A stretch of DNA of 64,000 nt. Source: a virus (lineage: Duplodnaviria > Caudoviricetes). The position numbers were made by a program, and so were the translations under genes. The stretch's first letter is position 1. Each line of letters opens with the position of its first letter. Location: the IMG/VR virus record IMGVR_UViG_2974594478_000001, positions 11,240 through 75,239 of that record; one strand, written 5' to 3'. The notes beneath the pieces are model-generated. The model made no database searches. It was given only the letters and a program-made list of their open reading frames with translations, and was not told the DNA's origin. Below, in pieces: positions 1 through 9,657 of this stretch.

Positions 1-1
1 A

Positions 2-823
2 AAACAAACAAAACGGGCCATAATGACCTCGTTTTATGGAAGTACAGCCCAACCAAAGAATGTCTTTGGTGAAGGTCTTCTACTCGATATCTTCTACGAG
101 ACGATGAAGGAACAAGCTCCCGGAGCTTGGGAACTCAATGAGACCATGCTGGCTCTCTGGAATCCAGAAGCCTATTCCAATGACTGGATTCTTCCAGACA
201 ACTTCCATGTCCATGTGAAGGTGATGAACACCAAGAAGGAGAATGTTCATTTCCTCAACAAGCCTTACGAGGTGAGTTACACAGTTAATGAACCAATGGA
301 AGGTGGAAGAAGCCTTGGAGCTAATATGACTCACTCTGTCGATGGCATGATCGTCAGGGAAATGACTCGTCGTTGCATGTATGATCCAAAGAGAATTATG
401 TATGCACTGATGGTCATTGAAGGGAAAACCAAGCTTTATGATGCAACTACCAGAGTTCAAGACCATGAAATGGTTGAGCTTCTCTGGAATCACTATCAGA
501 AGAGTGGATTCCTATCTGCTCGTATTCTGGATCATATCAACCCCATCAACATGTTCTTAGTAGATCGAGTTGAGATCTTTGATCTTATCAACTCACTGCC
601 TAAGAAACCTTTCAACCTGATCAGCATCCATGATTGCTTCAGGTGCCTACCCAACTATGGTAATGACCTTCGCAAGCAGTACAATCTGCTTCTCTCTCAA
701 ATCGCCAAGAGTGACCTTCTGTCTTACCTCATCTCTCAGATCATCCATCGTGATGTGAAGATTGGTAAGCTGGATGATAATCTCTGGAAAGACATCTTGG
801 AGACCAACTATGCGCTATCCTAA
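2..823 (+). CDS. RNA polymerase II large subunit (N4 gp16-like, T7-type), 5' partial
   Basis: Frame is open from the window edge. Motif B K-x7-YG (KRAIMTSFYG) and motif C (SIHDCF) of T7-like single-subunit RNAPs are present. Position matches N4 synteny. Confidence 0.92.
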   Translation, partial: KQTKRAIMTSFYGSTAQPKNVFGEGLLLDIFYETMKEQAPGAWELNETMLALWNPEAYSNDWILPDNFHVHVKVMNTKKENVHFLNKPYEVSYTVNEPMEGGRSLGANMTHSVDGMIVREMTRRCMYDPKRIMYALMVIEGKTKLYDATTRVQDHEMVELLWNHYQKSGFLSARILDHINPINMFLVDRVEIFDLINSLPKKPFNLISIHDCFRCLPNYGNDLRKQYNLLLSQIAKSDLLSYLISQIIHRDVKIGKLDDNLWKDILETNYALS

Positions 824-1199
824 AGGCAAATCTCACATTATCCATGAATATGCTGAAGCTCTCGGCATTCCTGTTGTCGATATTCCTCTTTCCAAATTAG
901 AAGAAGAATATGAAGACCAACTCCCTGAATGGGCGCAGAGGAAAGCTAACCGGGAAGAGCTTCAGATCTTCCAACAACTCGTCACTCTGAATCCTAAAGC
1001 CAGAGGCAATGCCACCATCCTGAAAATCAAGTACCTCTTCAGGTATACAGAGGTACAATTTATTGTCGGTACAGATGCTGGTAACATCATGAAGCTCACA
1101 CTTAATGAACTCTTGCTTATGTATGAACCGGGGGATTATATCCTTAAAGGTTTCCCTAATCCCAAGCTTTATGAAAAACTTGAGGAGATGAACGAATGA
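810..1199 (+). CDS. hypothetical protein
   Basis: ORF track gives 762; ATG at 810 overlapping the RNAP2 end is the more likely start. A terminator follows. Confidence 0.7.
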   Translation: MRYPKGKSHIIHEYAEALGIPVVDIPLSKLEEEYEDQLPEWAQRKANREELQIFQQLVTLNPKARGNATILKIKYLFRYTEVQFIVGTDAGNIMKLTLNELLLMYEPGDYILKGFPNPKLYEKLEEMNE

Positions 1200-1218
1200 T
1201 TGAATCTAAGTAGTCAAT

Positions 1219-1257
1219 ACCCTCTATGTCCTTCGGGATGTAGAGGGTTTATTTTTT
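1219..1257 (+). terminator. Rho-independent terminator
   Basis: 13-bp stem ACCCTCTATGTCC/GGATGTAGAGGGT with TTCG loop, then T-rich tail. Confidence 0.85.
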
Positions 1258-1322
1258 CCTGTATAACCTGTAGTTTCCTCTTGTTTTAAAACACATTGGT
1301 TCGAACCAAAGAAGGAACTACA

Positions 1323-1814
1323 ATGCCTACATTTCAAGTCGCATGGAATCCAACCACTAGAGTAGCTAAGATCCAGAAGGATGGTGCTGCTCCCGGTGCT
1401 GGATTCACTGATATTGGTGCCTTTGATCACGTTGATGATCCAGATGATCAGCTTGGTGTGGATGAGAACCATGTGTTCTATCATCACGTCAGGGATCTGC
1501 TTTACAAGGCTACCCCAAGTGTCCAGAACATGCAGGATCTTCAGATCACTATGGTCTATGTCACTGGTGTATCCGTTGCTCCTGCTGGTCCTGTAGCTCT
1601 TGCTAACAGTGCTACCCAACAGCTTACACCAACTGTAGCTCCTGCTGATGCAGCCAATACAGATGTGCTCTATGAATCCAGCGATACAGATATCGCTACG
1701 GTCAGTGCCTCTGGTCTGGTAACAGCACATGCTACCAATGATGGTTCTGCTACCATCACGGTTACGACCAAGGATGGTGGGTTCAAGGACACTGTTATCA
1801 TCAACGTCGCCTAA
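1323..1814 (+). CDS. capsid decoration protein with Ig-like (Big_2) domain (N4 gp17-like)
   Basis: C-terminal VTGVSVAP...QLTPTVAPADAANTDVLYESSDTDIATVSASGLVTA...ATITVTTKDGGFKDTVIINV is a typical Big_2 domain. RBS AAGGA precedes ATG 1323; N4 synteny fits. Confidence 0.8.
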   Translation: MPTFQVAWNPTTRVAKIQKDGAAPGAGFTDIGAFDHVDDPDDQLGVDENHVFYHHVRDLLYKATPSVQNMQDLQITMVYVTGVSVAPAGPVALANSATQQLTPTVAPADAANTDVLYESSDTDIATVSASGLVTAHATNDGSATITVTTKDGGFKDTVIINVA

Positions 1815-1844
1815 CAATTTCCCCCAACATATCCTCACTTTTTT

Positions 1845-1876
1845 AGCCTCTCCCTCTTCTGGGAGGGGCTTTTTTC
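1845..1876 (+). terminator. Rho-independent terminator
   Basis: AGCCTCTCCC/GGGAGGGGCT stem followed by T-run. Confidence 0.85.
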
Positions 1877-2080
1877 TTGTACAGCTAAAAGCAAGCCTTT
1901 CCTTGGTTCAGCAAGAATGAGCCAACTAACCAAGCATAGCTGGGTCGATAAAGGCGTAGCTCCAAGTTGATGGTTTAGATCCATTCACCTTTGTAGGTGC
2001 TTCGTGAGAGCGTTACAGGCAAGGCAGTCGTACAGACGACAAATGGTTAGTTCCAAATTCAGAGCCAAGGAGAGGCTACT

Positions 2081-2329
2081 ATGGCAAGCAAGCTTGATGA
2101 GACAGAAGTCACTTTGTCCCAAACGATAGCACTCTATCGCGTCTATAACCGCAATGAACTCTATCTTTATGCAGATGGTTTCCCTCGCAGGGAACCCCAG
2201 AGTGAACAACAGAGAAGACTTACATTCTCTGAATTCTGTGAACTGGTTCAGATAGGTTCTGACTGCATCATGGTCCCTTGGAATGGGATATGGTTGGGGA
2301 TTGAAAAAGATGGATACACCCACTCCTGA
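2081..2329 (+). CDS. hypothetical protein (conserved phage type, ends GIEKDGYTHS)
   Basis: Strong RBS AAGGAGAGG; 82-aa ORF. Confidence 0.75.
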   Translation: MASKLDETEVTLSQTIALYRVYNRNELYLYADGFPRREPQSEQQRRLTFSEFCELVQIGSDCIMVPWNGIWLGIEKDGYTHS

Positions 2330-2330
2330 A

Positions 2331-2459
2331 ATGATCATTAAGATCACTCCCAATCCAGCTTGGTCATTCCTCGATATCATAATTGAGGAACAAGCTGCTT
2401 ATTACGGGCAACGTAACGCACACATCATCGACTATCTAAGAACCAGGGTAAAGAAATGA
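2331..2459 (+). CDS. small hypothetical protein (42 aa, not in ORF track)
   Basis: MIIKITPNPAWSFLDIIIEEQAAYYGQRNAHIIDYLRTRVKK fills the gap exactly; its TGA overlaps the next ATG (ATGA). Confidence 0.6.
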   Translation: MIIKITPNPAWSFLDIIIEEQAAYYGQRNAHIIDYLRTRVKK

Positions 2460-3538
2460 GCACCGTTCACGCATATAAAACCACTCCTCGCCAAGCTACC
2501 GAATTCATCATTGATTGCTTTGAAAGTCCCAAGCGCAATGTTGCTTTTCTTCAGGGACCACCCGGAATTGGAAAGTCAGCAATCGTTCATGCAATTGCTG
2601 AGAATGCCAATCTGGAATTGATTGACCATCGTGTCTCAACATCCACTCCAGAAGACTTTTCTGGTCTACCAGATATGCATGGTCCTAAAGCAGTCTTCAA
2701 ACCTTATGACGTATTCCCTGTAGAGGGAGATCCACTTCCTAAAGGGAAGAATGGTTGGATTCTCTTTCTGGATGAATTCAACGCTGGTAAGAAGGAAGTT
2801 CAAGCTGCTGCCTATAAAACGATTCTTGATCGTTTCGTTGGTCAGAAGAAACTCCATAAGGATGTTTATGTTGTTGCTGCTGGTAACAGAGCAATTGACC
2901 GAGCTATCGTCAACAGCTTGTCCACTGCTATGCAGTCTCGCCTTATCCATCTAGATGTCGAATTGAAGTTCAATGACTTCATGGAAGATGTCGCAATCAA
3001 GTATGATTGGGATAGTCGTATTATTGGCTACCTCAGTTACAAAGAAGACAAATTGATGGACTTCAGGCCTGATCATCAGGACAAGACATTCTGTTGCCCT
3101 CGTACTTGGGACTTCATGAATGGCTTCCTCAAAGGCAAGACCTTTGAATATAAGAAGCTTCCTGATGGGACTTGGTACTATGGAATGGAGCAGAAAGCTC
3201 CTCTCTATGCAGGAACCATCACTTCTGGTGTTGCAGTGGATTTCATTCAGTTCACCAAGGTAGGACAGAATATGCCTACCATCAAACAGATCATTAATGA
3301 TCCAAAGGGAACTCCTGTTCCTCAAGAACCAGAGATCCAGTGGTGTACTATTACCCACTGCATGGAAAACACCAAGAATGATGACACCTTTGAGAAGATC
3401 ACTGATTACATCAATCGTTATGATGCAAACTTTAGGACTCTCTATTTCCGGTCACTTTTTGTTCGTCAACCCGCACTTCGTCACCATCCTGTAGTGGCGA
3501 AAGCTGCCTTGGAACTTCAGAAGTACCTAAATGGTTAA
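2456..3538 (+). CDS. MoxR-like AAA+ ATPase (N4 gp24-like)
   Basis: Walker A GPPGIGKS, Walker B LFLDEFN, sensor VVAAGN, arginine finger MQSRL. Confidence 0.88.
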   Translation: MSTVHAYKTTPRQATEFIIDCFESPKRNVAFLQGPPGIGKSAIVHAIAENANLELIDHRVSTSTPEDFSGLPDMHGPKAVFKPYDVFPVEGDPLPKGKNGWILFLDEFNAGKKEVQAAAYKTILDRFVGQKKLHKDVYVVAAGNRAIDRAIVNSLSTAMQSRLIHLDVELKFNDFMEDVAIKYDWDSRIIGYLSYKEDKLMDFRPDHQDKTFCCPRTWDFMNGFLKGKTFEYKKLPDGTWYYGMEQKAPLYAGTITSGVAVDFIQFTKVGQNMPTIKQIINDPKGTPVPQEPEIQWCTITHCMENTKNDDTFEKITDYINRYDANFRTLYFRSLFVRQPALRHHPVVAKAALELQKYLNG

Positions 3539-4706
3539 ACCCACTCCACTACTCAAAGCTGATGATCTTGATTTCCAGTTTCTGCATAAGGAACTGGATA
3601 TCGTTAAAACCCAAGTCTTCCTAGGGAAGAATGCAGCATTCCTTGGGTCTCTTATGTGCAGCCTCAATTTCATGTGGTCAACTGATATTGAAACTGCTGC
3701 TACCAATGGTGTTGGTCTGTGGTGGAATCCTTACTTCTTTATGAGGATTCCGAGAGCAACCCGAAAGACAGTCCTTGTCCATGAACTCTGGCATCCTGCT
3801 GAACTCGATATGATTCGTCGTGACAACAGGGATCCAGAGGTATGGAACTGGGCCTGTGATATCAGGATCAATAATCGTCTCACCAGACAAGGTTACACTT
3901 GGGATGACCTTGGTTTCAAACACTGGGAAGATCTCAATTATCCTGAGGGAACTCCTCCTGAGAAAATCTATGACGATTTCATGCAAAAAATTAAGGAAAA
4001 TCCTGAACTCAGGATTATCCTTCAATCTTATGAATGGTCAGATATCATAGAACCTGATCCATCCATTCCGGGTTCGGATATGGAAGTCATTGGTAAGGTA
4101 GTTCAGGCTTCTCAAGCTGCTACTATGGCAGGGGAAGAACTTCCCTCTGATATTGGCACCACTCTTACCAAATTCCTCACACCTAAGATTCCGTGGGAAT
4201 CTCAACTCTATCGTTGGTTCGATGAGATGGTGAATGAGATGTATAGCATGGCTCGCCCTAATAGACGCTATACAGCTTTGAACCTCTATATGTCATCGCT
4301 TCAACCCGATGAAGGTATAGGTCATCTCGTCTGCTTTCAGGATGTCTCTGGATCAGTTACAGATGAAGAAGAAATTCGCTTCAATTCTGAATTGAAATAT
4401 ATCTGGGACACTCTTAAACCAGCGAAAATTTCAGTGGTTCAATTCTCCACTGCAATCACCCAAGTCACTGAATACATTCAGGATAATGGGGATGAATTCG
4501 ATCAAGTTACTATTGTTGGTCGAGGTGGTACTGATCTGGAACCAGTAAGAGAATGGATACTGGAACACAAGCCTAGTGCTGTTGTCGTGTTCTCAGATCT
4601 TCGCTGTGATCCCATGCAACCGATTGACACTCCTATTCTCTGGGTCTGTATCAACAACCCAAGAGGTAAAGTCCTGTTTGGAGATGTCATCTACATTAAG
4701 GAGTAA
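3531..4706 (+). CDS. putative metallopeptidase + VWA-like domain protein (DUF2201 type, N4 gp25-like)
   Basis: HExxH motif HELWH, WNWACDIRIN, C-terminal MIDAS-like DVSGS and GRGGTD motifs. Confidence 0.85.
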   Translation: MVKPTPLLKADDLDFQFLHKELDIVKTQVFLGKNAAFLGSLMCSLNFMWSTDIETAATNGVGLWWNPYFFMRIPRATRKTVLVHELWHPAELDMIRRDNRDPEVWNWACDIRINNRLTRQGYTWDDLGFKHWEDLNYPEGTPPEKIYDDFMQKIKENPELRIILQSYEWSDIIEPDPSIPGSDMEVIGKVVQASQAATMAGEELPSDIGTTLTKFLTPKIPWESQLYRWFDEMVNEMYSMARPNRRYTALNLYMSSLQPDEGIGHLVCFQDVSGSVTDEEEIRFNSELKYIWDTLKPAKISVVQFSTAITQVTEYIQDNGDEFDQVTIVGRGGTDLEPVREWILEHKPSAVVVFSDLRCDPMQPIDTPILWVCINNPRGKVLFGDVIYIKE

Positions 4707-4712
4707 ACTTCA

Positions 4713-4904
4713 ATGAGAGAACTTAAGTTCGTCAATCAGGATGCCACACCTAAGACCGTGGTTCTTCACGTAGCTACTGAAGCTATCCCCTATATCATGT
4801 CTTGGTATGGTGGATTTTTCGCCGGTGATGATTATAAAGTCTTTGTCGATGGAAAAGAAATTTCCAAGGACATTAACGGAAATTTAGTTGGAGACACTCC
4901 GTGA
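4713..4904 (+). CDS. hypothetical protein
   Basis: 63-aa ORF tightly packed between neighbours; stop overlaps the next start. Confidence 0.7.
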   Translation: MRELKFVNQDATPKTVVLHVATEAIPYIMSWYGGFFAGDDYKVFVDGKEISKDINGNLVGDTP

Positions 4905-5410
4905 CAATTATCAATCGTAATACCCTGTTTCTCATGAAGCCTATCAAGGAGATGAAATCTCAGAAGATTCAAGAGAATGGGGTTTCTTATGGTCTTGCTG
5001 AGGCGGGTTATGATATCCGCCTTAAGCAGGAAATATCTTTCATACCAGATAGTGATGGTGGATCTATTCGCATCAATGATGATGGAAAAATCTATTATCG
5101 AAACGGAAAGTTCTGCCTCGCTTCAGCTATCGAAGAATTCGATATGCCCAAGGATCTAGTAGGCGTTGTCCATGACAAGTCTACATGGGCTAGGCAAGGT
5201 CTCTCAGTGTTCAACACTGTGATTGAACCGGGATGGAAAGGCTTCCTCACTCTGGAACTTGTCCATCATGGAAATGAACCTCTTCACCTTCCTGCTGGTT
5301 GTGGGATTGCTCAAGTGATCTTTCACCAAGCTCTCAATCTGGCTTCCTATGAAGGCAAGTATCAGAACCAAGCAGATCAACCTGTGGAATCAATCTTTGT
5401 AGAAAGCTAA
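4901..5410 (+). CDS. dcd: dCTP deaminase (N4 gp26-like)
   Basis: Motifs SYGLAEAGYDIRL, KSTWARQG, VIEPGWKGFLTLEL, YEGKYQNQ. Confidence 0.9.
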   Translation: MTIINRNTLFLMKPIKEMKSQKIQENGVSYGLAEAGYDIRLKQEISFIPDSDGGSIRINDDGKIYYRNGKFCLASAIEEFDMPKDLVGVVHDKSTWARQGLSVFNTVIEPGWKGFLTLELVHHGNEPLHLPAGCGIAQVIFHQALNLASYEGKYQNQADQPVESIFVES

Positions 5411-5413
5411 ACT

Positions 5414-5866
5414 ATGGCAGATGATCTTGGCGTCTATTACCGCTATTACGATGAGCTTTCTGCTGGTGGTTATTACGGTGTAGATGGAATACCAAGACCA
5501 CCATCAGTCAAGATAAAGCTTGAAGAATTCAAGATAACAAAAAAGACCCCGAAAGGGGTCTATATTTCTCGTGTTCGATACATTCATGATCACTATGAGA
5601 ATGAGCAATTAATCTTGGATCATTGGTCCAAGAAATATGCCTACCCTACCAAGGAGGAAGCTCAGAAGGATTTTCTTAGGAGAAAGAGAAACCAACTGGC
5701 TATTCATGAAGAACGTGCTCTTAGAGCACGAGAGGCTTACAATACAGCCTGCTTTGAGTTCAAACAGGAATCAGAGATTCCAAGAACTGCTGAACTTCAA
5801 CAAGTTTATGGTAAAGATATTTTGTTCGATCTTTCTAAAGATCTGGACGATGACGTACCCTATTGA
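5414..5866 (+). CDS. hypothetical protein
   Basis: 150-aa ORF in the operon. Confidence 0.75.
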   Translation: MADDLGVYYRYYDELSAGGYYGVDGIPRPPSVKIKLEEFKITKKTPKGVYISRVRYIHDHYENEQLILDHWSKKYAYPTKEEAQKDFLRRKRNQLAIHEERALRAREAYNTACFEFKQESEIPRTAELQQVYGKDILFDLSKDLDDDVPY

Positions 5867-5876
5867 GAGAAATCAA

Positions 5877-6053
5877 ATGCAACGAGTTGGACTGAAACGT
5901 AATCGAAAGCTTCAACGTGGTGATCGTCTAGGAGATATCGAAGTAGACGAACTAGACTCCTTTGAGGAGTTCTTGGATTCACGTCCTGAAGGTCTTGAGC
6001 TTAACTCCCATCACGGTCGTACATTGGATCTCAAATCCTTTCATGAGTGTTGA
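5877..6053 (+). CDS. small hypothetical protein
   Basis: 3' part of track ORF 5637..6053; ATG 5877 follows the previous stop with a GAGA-type RBS. Confidence 0.5.
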   Translation: MQRVGLKRNRKLQRGDRLGDIEVDELDSFEEFLDSRPEGLELNSHHGRTLDLKSFHEC

Positions 6054-6100
6054 AAAAGCATTTTAAATAGGTTATGTCCTCTGGACATTCCCCCCAACTT

Positions 6101-6134
6101 AGGCTGATAGTAACCCTATCAGCCTTTTTATTTT
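6101..6134 (+). terminator. Rho-independent terminator
   Basis: Perfect 10-bp stem AGGCTGATAG/CTATCAGCCT plus T-run. Confidence 0.8.
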
Positions 6135-6146
6135 CAGGAGGTTTCG

Positions 6147-6302
6147 ATGAAATCCCAACCCAAGGAATACTATGAAGAGTGGTGGAATCCACAGACGAAC
6201 CGATATGAAGAAGTTCCTATGAAAAAGGAACAAGCTCCTAAACGTGGTCCCGGAGACCATGTGACAGAGAGCAATGATGACATGCAAGTTTACGGTTATT
6301 GA
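6147..6302 (+). CDS. small hypothetical protein (51 aa, not in ORF track)
   Basis: AGGAGG RBS; MKSQPKEYYEEWWNPQTNRYEEVPMKKEQAPKRGPGDHVTESNDDMQVYGY. Confidence 0.75.
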   Translation: MKSQPKEYYEEWWNPQTNRYEEVPMKKEQAPKRGPGDHVTESNDDMQVYGY

Positions 6303-6314
6303 GGAACCAAGGAA

Positions 6315-7127
6315 ATGGAAAAGCAATATCTCGATCTGCTGCAATTGGTTCTTCACCAAGGCAAGCACAAGACGGATCGTACAGGCACTGGAACGATCTC
6401 TTATTTCTCCCCACCAGATATGGACTTTGATCTGACAGCAGGATTCCCCTTGCTGACAACCAAGAAGCTATTCCTGAAGGGAATCATTCATGAGCTTCTC
6501 TGGTTCATCAAAGGCGATACCAATATCCAATATCTCTTGGATCATGATGTTCACATCTGGGATGCTTGGGCAGATCCAGAAGGCAATTTAGGACCAGTCT
6601 ATGGTAAACAATGGCGACAAATTACGGGCATTGCTGAGGACGGTAGCTTCCGCACTGTTGATCAGCTTGCTACTCTCATTGCTGACATTAAGCGTAGCCC
6701 AGATTCTCGCAGACATATTGTTAGTGCATGGAACCCAATCGATCTGCCAGATATGGCACTTGCTCCATGTCACTGCCTGTTCCAAGTCTTTGTGAATGAG
6801 GGAGAACTCTCCCTGAAACTCTACCAGCGTAGTGCTGATCTGTTTCTAGGAGTTCCCTTCAACATTGCCTCTTATGCATTGCTCACAATGATGCTTGCTC
6901 AAGTGACAGGCAACAGACCGGGAAGGTTCATTCATTCTTTCGGGGATGCTCACATCTATTCGAACCATGTGGAACAGGTACAGGAACAACTATCCCGTAT
7001 CCCATATGATTCTCCCACCATGATTCTAAATCCCGATATCACTGAGATTGAAGATTTCAAATTCGAAGACTTTGAACTCAGGGATTACAATCCCCATCCC
7101 GCTATCAAGGCAGATGTAGCGGTCTAG
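6315..7127 (+). CDS. thyA: thymidylate synthase (classical ThyA)
   Basis: [23 protein letters not shown], catalytic [25 protein letters not shown]. Confidence 0.97.
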   Translation: MEKQYLDLLQLVLHQGKHKTDRTGTGTISYFSPPDMDFDLTAGFPLLTTKKLFLKGIIHELLWFIKGDTNIQYLLDHDVHIWDAWADPEGNLGPVYGKQWRQITGIAEDGSFRTVDQLATLIADIKRSPDSRRHIVSAWNPIDLPDMALAPCHCLFQVFVNEGELSLKLYQRSADLFLGVPFNIASYALLTMMLAQVTGNRPGRFIHSFGDAHIYSNHVEQVQEQLSRIPYDSPTMILNPDITEIEDFKFEDFELRDYNPHPAIKADVAV

Positions 7128-7148
7128 AAACCAGATAAAGGACACATC

Positions 7149-9650
7149 ATGCAGGTAACTCATAAGGAAGATTTTGATACCCACGCCATCATTGGTGGTA
7201 GTGATGTCATTGCATTCGAGGTAGCTCAGACAGCAGAATTCTTCGAAGTCCTGTCTAATACCCTCTATTCAGACAAACCTCTTGCTGTAGTACGTGAAGT
7301 CCTGTGCAATGCATGGGACATTCACATTGTCACCAAGAGACAGAATATTCCCGTTGAGATTACCCTTGATGAAACCAAGCTGGTAATTCGAGATCATGGG
7401 ACTGGGATCAAGCACGAGATGATTGGTCCCACCTATTGCACCTATGGTAACTCCACCAAGGGAAATGATGGTGAACAGACTGGTGGCTTTGGACTTGGTT
7501 CCAAGGCACCCTTTGCCTATTCACACCATCTGTCTGTGACTTCCCACTTTGAGGGAACCAAGACTGTCTATGCCATCTCTCGTGGATCTATCAAGACACA
7601 AGGTCGTCCCGATTGCCGTGTTATGGTCCGAGTTCCTACTCAGGAATCCGGTCTGGAAGTGAACATTCCTCTCAAGCAAGCTGCTGATAAGCACATGTTT
7701 GAGGAAATCATCAGGAACATTGTTCGTCTTGGTGAAATGAATGTCACTTTGAATGGTGAGAAGCTTTCCACCATGCCTATCTCTGAGGGCAAGGAAGGCT
7801 ATTACTTCACACGTTCTACCTTCTCCAAGGCTCAGGAACGTCTCTTCGTTCGCTATGGTAATGTGGTTTATCCCATTCCTCGGCACGAAGATTATGAAGG
7901 AACCTATGCAGAAGTCGTCAAGTTTCTAAACAATCTTCCTGATCCTAATTCCTATCATCAGAATAGCAGTAACGCTTGGAAGGTGATCTTTCAGGCACCT
8001 GCCAATAAGATCTCTGTCACTCCTTCCCGAGAATCTCTGTCTCTCACGGAGACAACCATCAACACTCTCAAGGAGTTGATGAAGAAGATTCCTGTAATTG
8101 GATCCAGTGAGTATAATGTCATTGGTTCCAATATGGTGAAGACTTCCATTGTTAATGCTTGGAAGGATCAGAACCAATGGAAGATGCTTACTCTGGAAAG
8201 CCTTTTCAAAGATAGCAGCATCGCTCACAACAGTAAGGAATTCACCAACTATAAGGATGCTGTTGAGGCAAGCCTTAAGAGGTACTATCCCTCTGAATGG
8301 GCATTCAAATATGCTGATATCTCTCAGCGAATGGAATCATTCATTCACCAGAGTCCTGCAAACAAGCATGTGTTTGTTGAGTATCTAAAGGTACTGGGTA
8401 CAGTTGGTGAGGAAACAGTACGATGGACGGGTGCTAATTCAGAATGGTCTGCATTCTGTACCCGATTTATCACTGGACCTCTCGTCAAGAGAGTCCTGAA
8501 ATCTGATAAAGTGGATCTCAAGAATCTTTACGTAGTCACTCCAAATGACTATCGTACCAGAGGGACTGGACCCAAATACACACCTATCACCAAATACAGC
8601 AGTACATATGAGCAAGCGACAATGCTGCTCAAGAATCTTGTCATCGTTGCTGAAAGCAAGATCAGTATCTCTGATTATCTACACCATAATCCTGAAATGA
8701 AAGTCTGGGATAATGGTCACACCAAGCTTGTATATCTCGCTCCGAGAACCAAGAATGGTCGAACTGATGCTGTAGAGTTCTTCAAGAGCATCAAAATGAA
8801 TGTTATCGATCATGCTCAATATGTGGCAGATAACTTCAAAGATACTCCTGTTATCTCAGCATCACCTAAGCCTGTGAAGCCTAAGATCCTTGGGATACCA
8901 TCCCTCAAGAATCTGTTGAAATCCACTGGAAGAATTGACCCCAGAGGTCACATGATCACCACTCCTGTTCGGATTGAAGATCCTGAATTCATCTTCCAGC
9001 CTCATAACCTCTCTGGTCAAAGCTATAGTCACCGCTTCTTCCAAGCGAAGGATGAAATCTTTGGTCAGATTGTTGTCAGTCTTTATGGGGATAAAGGCGG
9101 AATTGTCGTAAACTCACGTCAATATGACGCCTATATCAAGAAAGGTTCCAAGGACGGTTACGCTTGGGTCGGAGAGCGTTTGCTTGAAGAGTTTCAAACG
9201 AACCAGAAGTTACTGAATCAAATCTCTTGGAAACTTGTTCCTTGGCTTACAGTAGGAAGCAAGACACAAGCAACTATTGAGAGTCTCTATCAGGTATCTT
9301 TACATTCGCCTGTTATCAAACAAGCGTTGAAGTTCCCTGATAAATTGACTTCAGAAGAAAATGATCTTCTTCGAATTTATTCTGAAATACGTCCTGTTGA
9401 ACCGGGGGAATATGCATATGGAAGATCTATTCCCAGTGCCATGTTGCCATTCGTTAAACAGATCAAGGATCTCATAGATAAGCAGGGTATCCACCCCCAA
9501 CTTACTGTGGTAAAAGACCTTGTTGAAAACAGTAGCCTTTTCCGGTTGCTGCATTTCAGTGAGATGGTGAGCATCCTATCCAATCCTAAATCGGACCAGA
9601 AGCAGAAGGATAACGTAGAAACCTTGCTGCTGCTTGCATTACAAGGATAA
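7149..9650 (+). CDS. rIIA: rIIA-like protein (N4 gp33-like)
   Basis: N-terminal GHKL ATPase motifs (LYSDKPLAVVREVLCNAWD, IRDHGTGI, GGFGLGSKAPFAY); paired with rIIB. Confidence 0.88.
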   Translation: MQVTHKEDFDTHAIIGGSDVIAFEVAQTAEFFEVLSNTLYSDKPLAVVREVLCNAWDIHIVTKRQNIPVEITLDETKLVIRDHGTGIKHEMIGPTYCTYGNSTKGNDGEQTGGFGLGSKAPFAYSHHLSVTSHFEGTKTVYAISRGSIKTQGRPDCRVMVRVPTQESGLEVNIPLKQAADKHMFEEIIRNIVRLGEMNVTLNGEKLSTMPISEGKEGYYFTRSTFSKAQERLFVRYGNVVYPIPRHEDYEGTYAEVVKFLNNLPDPNSYHQNSSNAWKVIFQAPANKISVTPSRESLSLTETTINTLKELMKKIPVIGSSEYNVIGSNMVKTSIVNAWKDQNQWKMLTLESLFKDSSIAHNSKEFTNYKDAVEASLKRYYPSEWAFKYADISQRMESFIHQSPANKHVFVEYLKVLGTVGEETVRWTGANSEWSAFCTRFITGPLVKRVLKSDKVDLKNLYVVTPNDYRTRGTGPKYTPITKYSSTYEQATMLLKNLVIVAESKISISDYLHHNPEMKVWDNGHTKLVYLAPRTKNGRTDAVEFFKSIKMNVIDHAQYVADNFKDTPVISASPKPVKPKILGIPSLKNLLKSTGRIDPRGHMITTPVRIEDPEFIFQPHNLSGQSYSHRFFQAKDEIFGQIVVSLYGDKGGIVVNSRQYDAYIKKGSKDGYAWVGERLLEEFQTNQKLLNQISWKLVPWLTVGSKTQATIESLYQVSLHSPVIKQALKFPDKLTSEENDLLRIYSEIRPVEPGEYAYGRSIPSAMLPFVKQIKDLIDKQGIHPQLTVVKDLVENSSLFRLLHFSEMVSILSNPKSDQKQKDNVETLLLLALQG

Positions 9651-9657
9651 TAAATAA

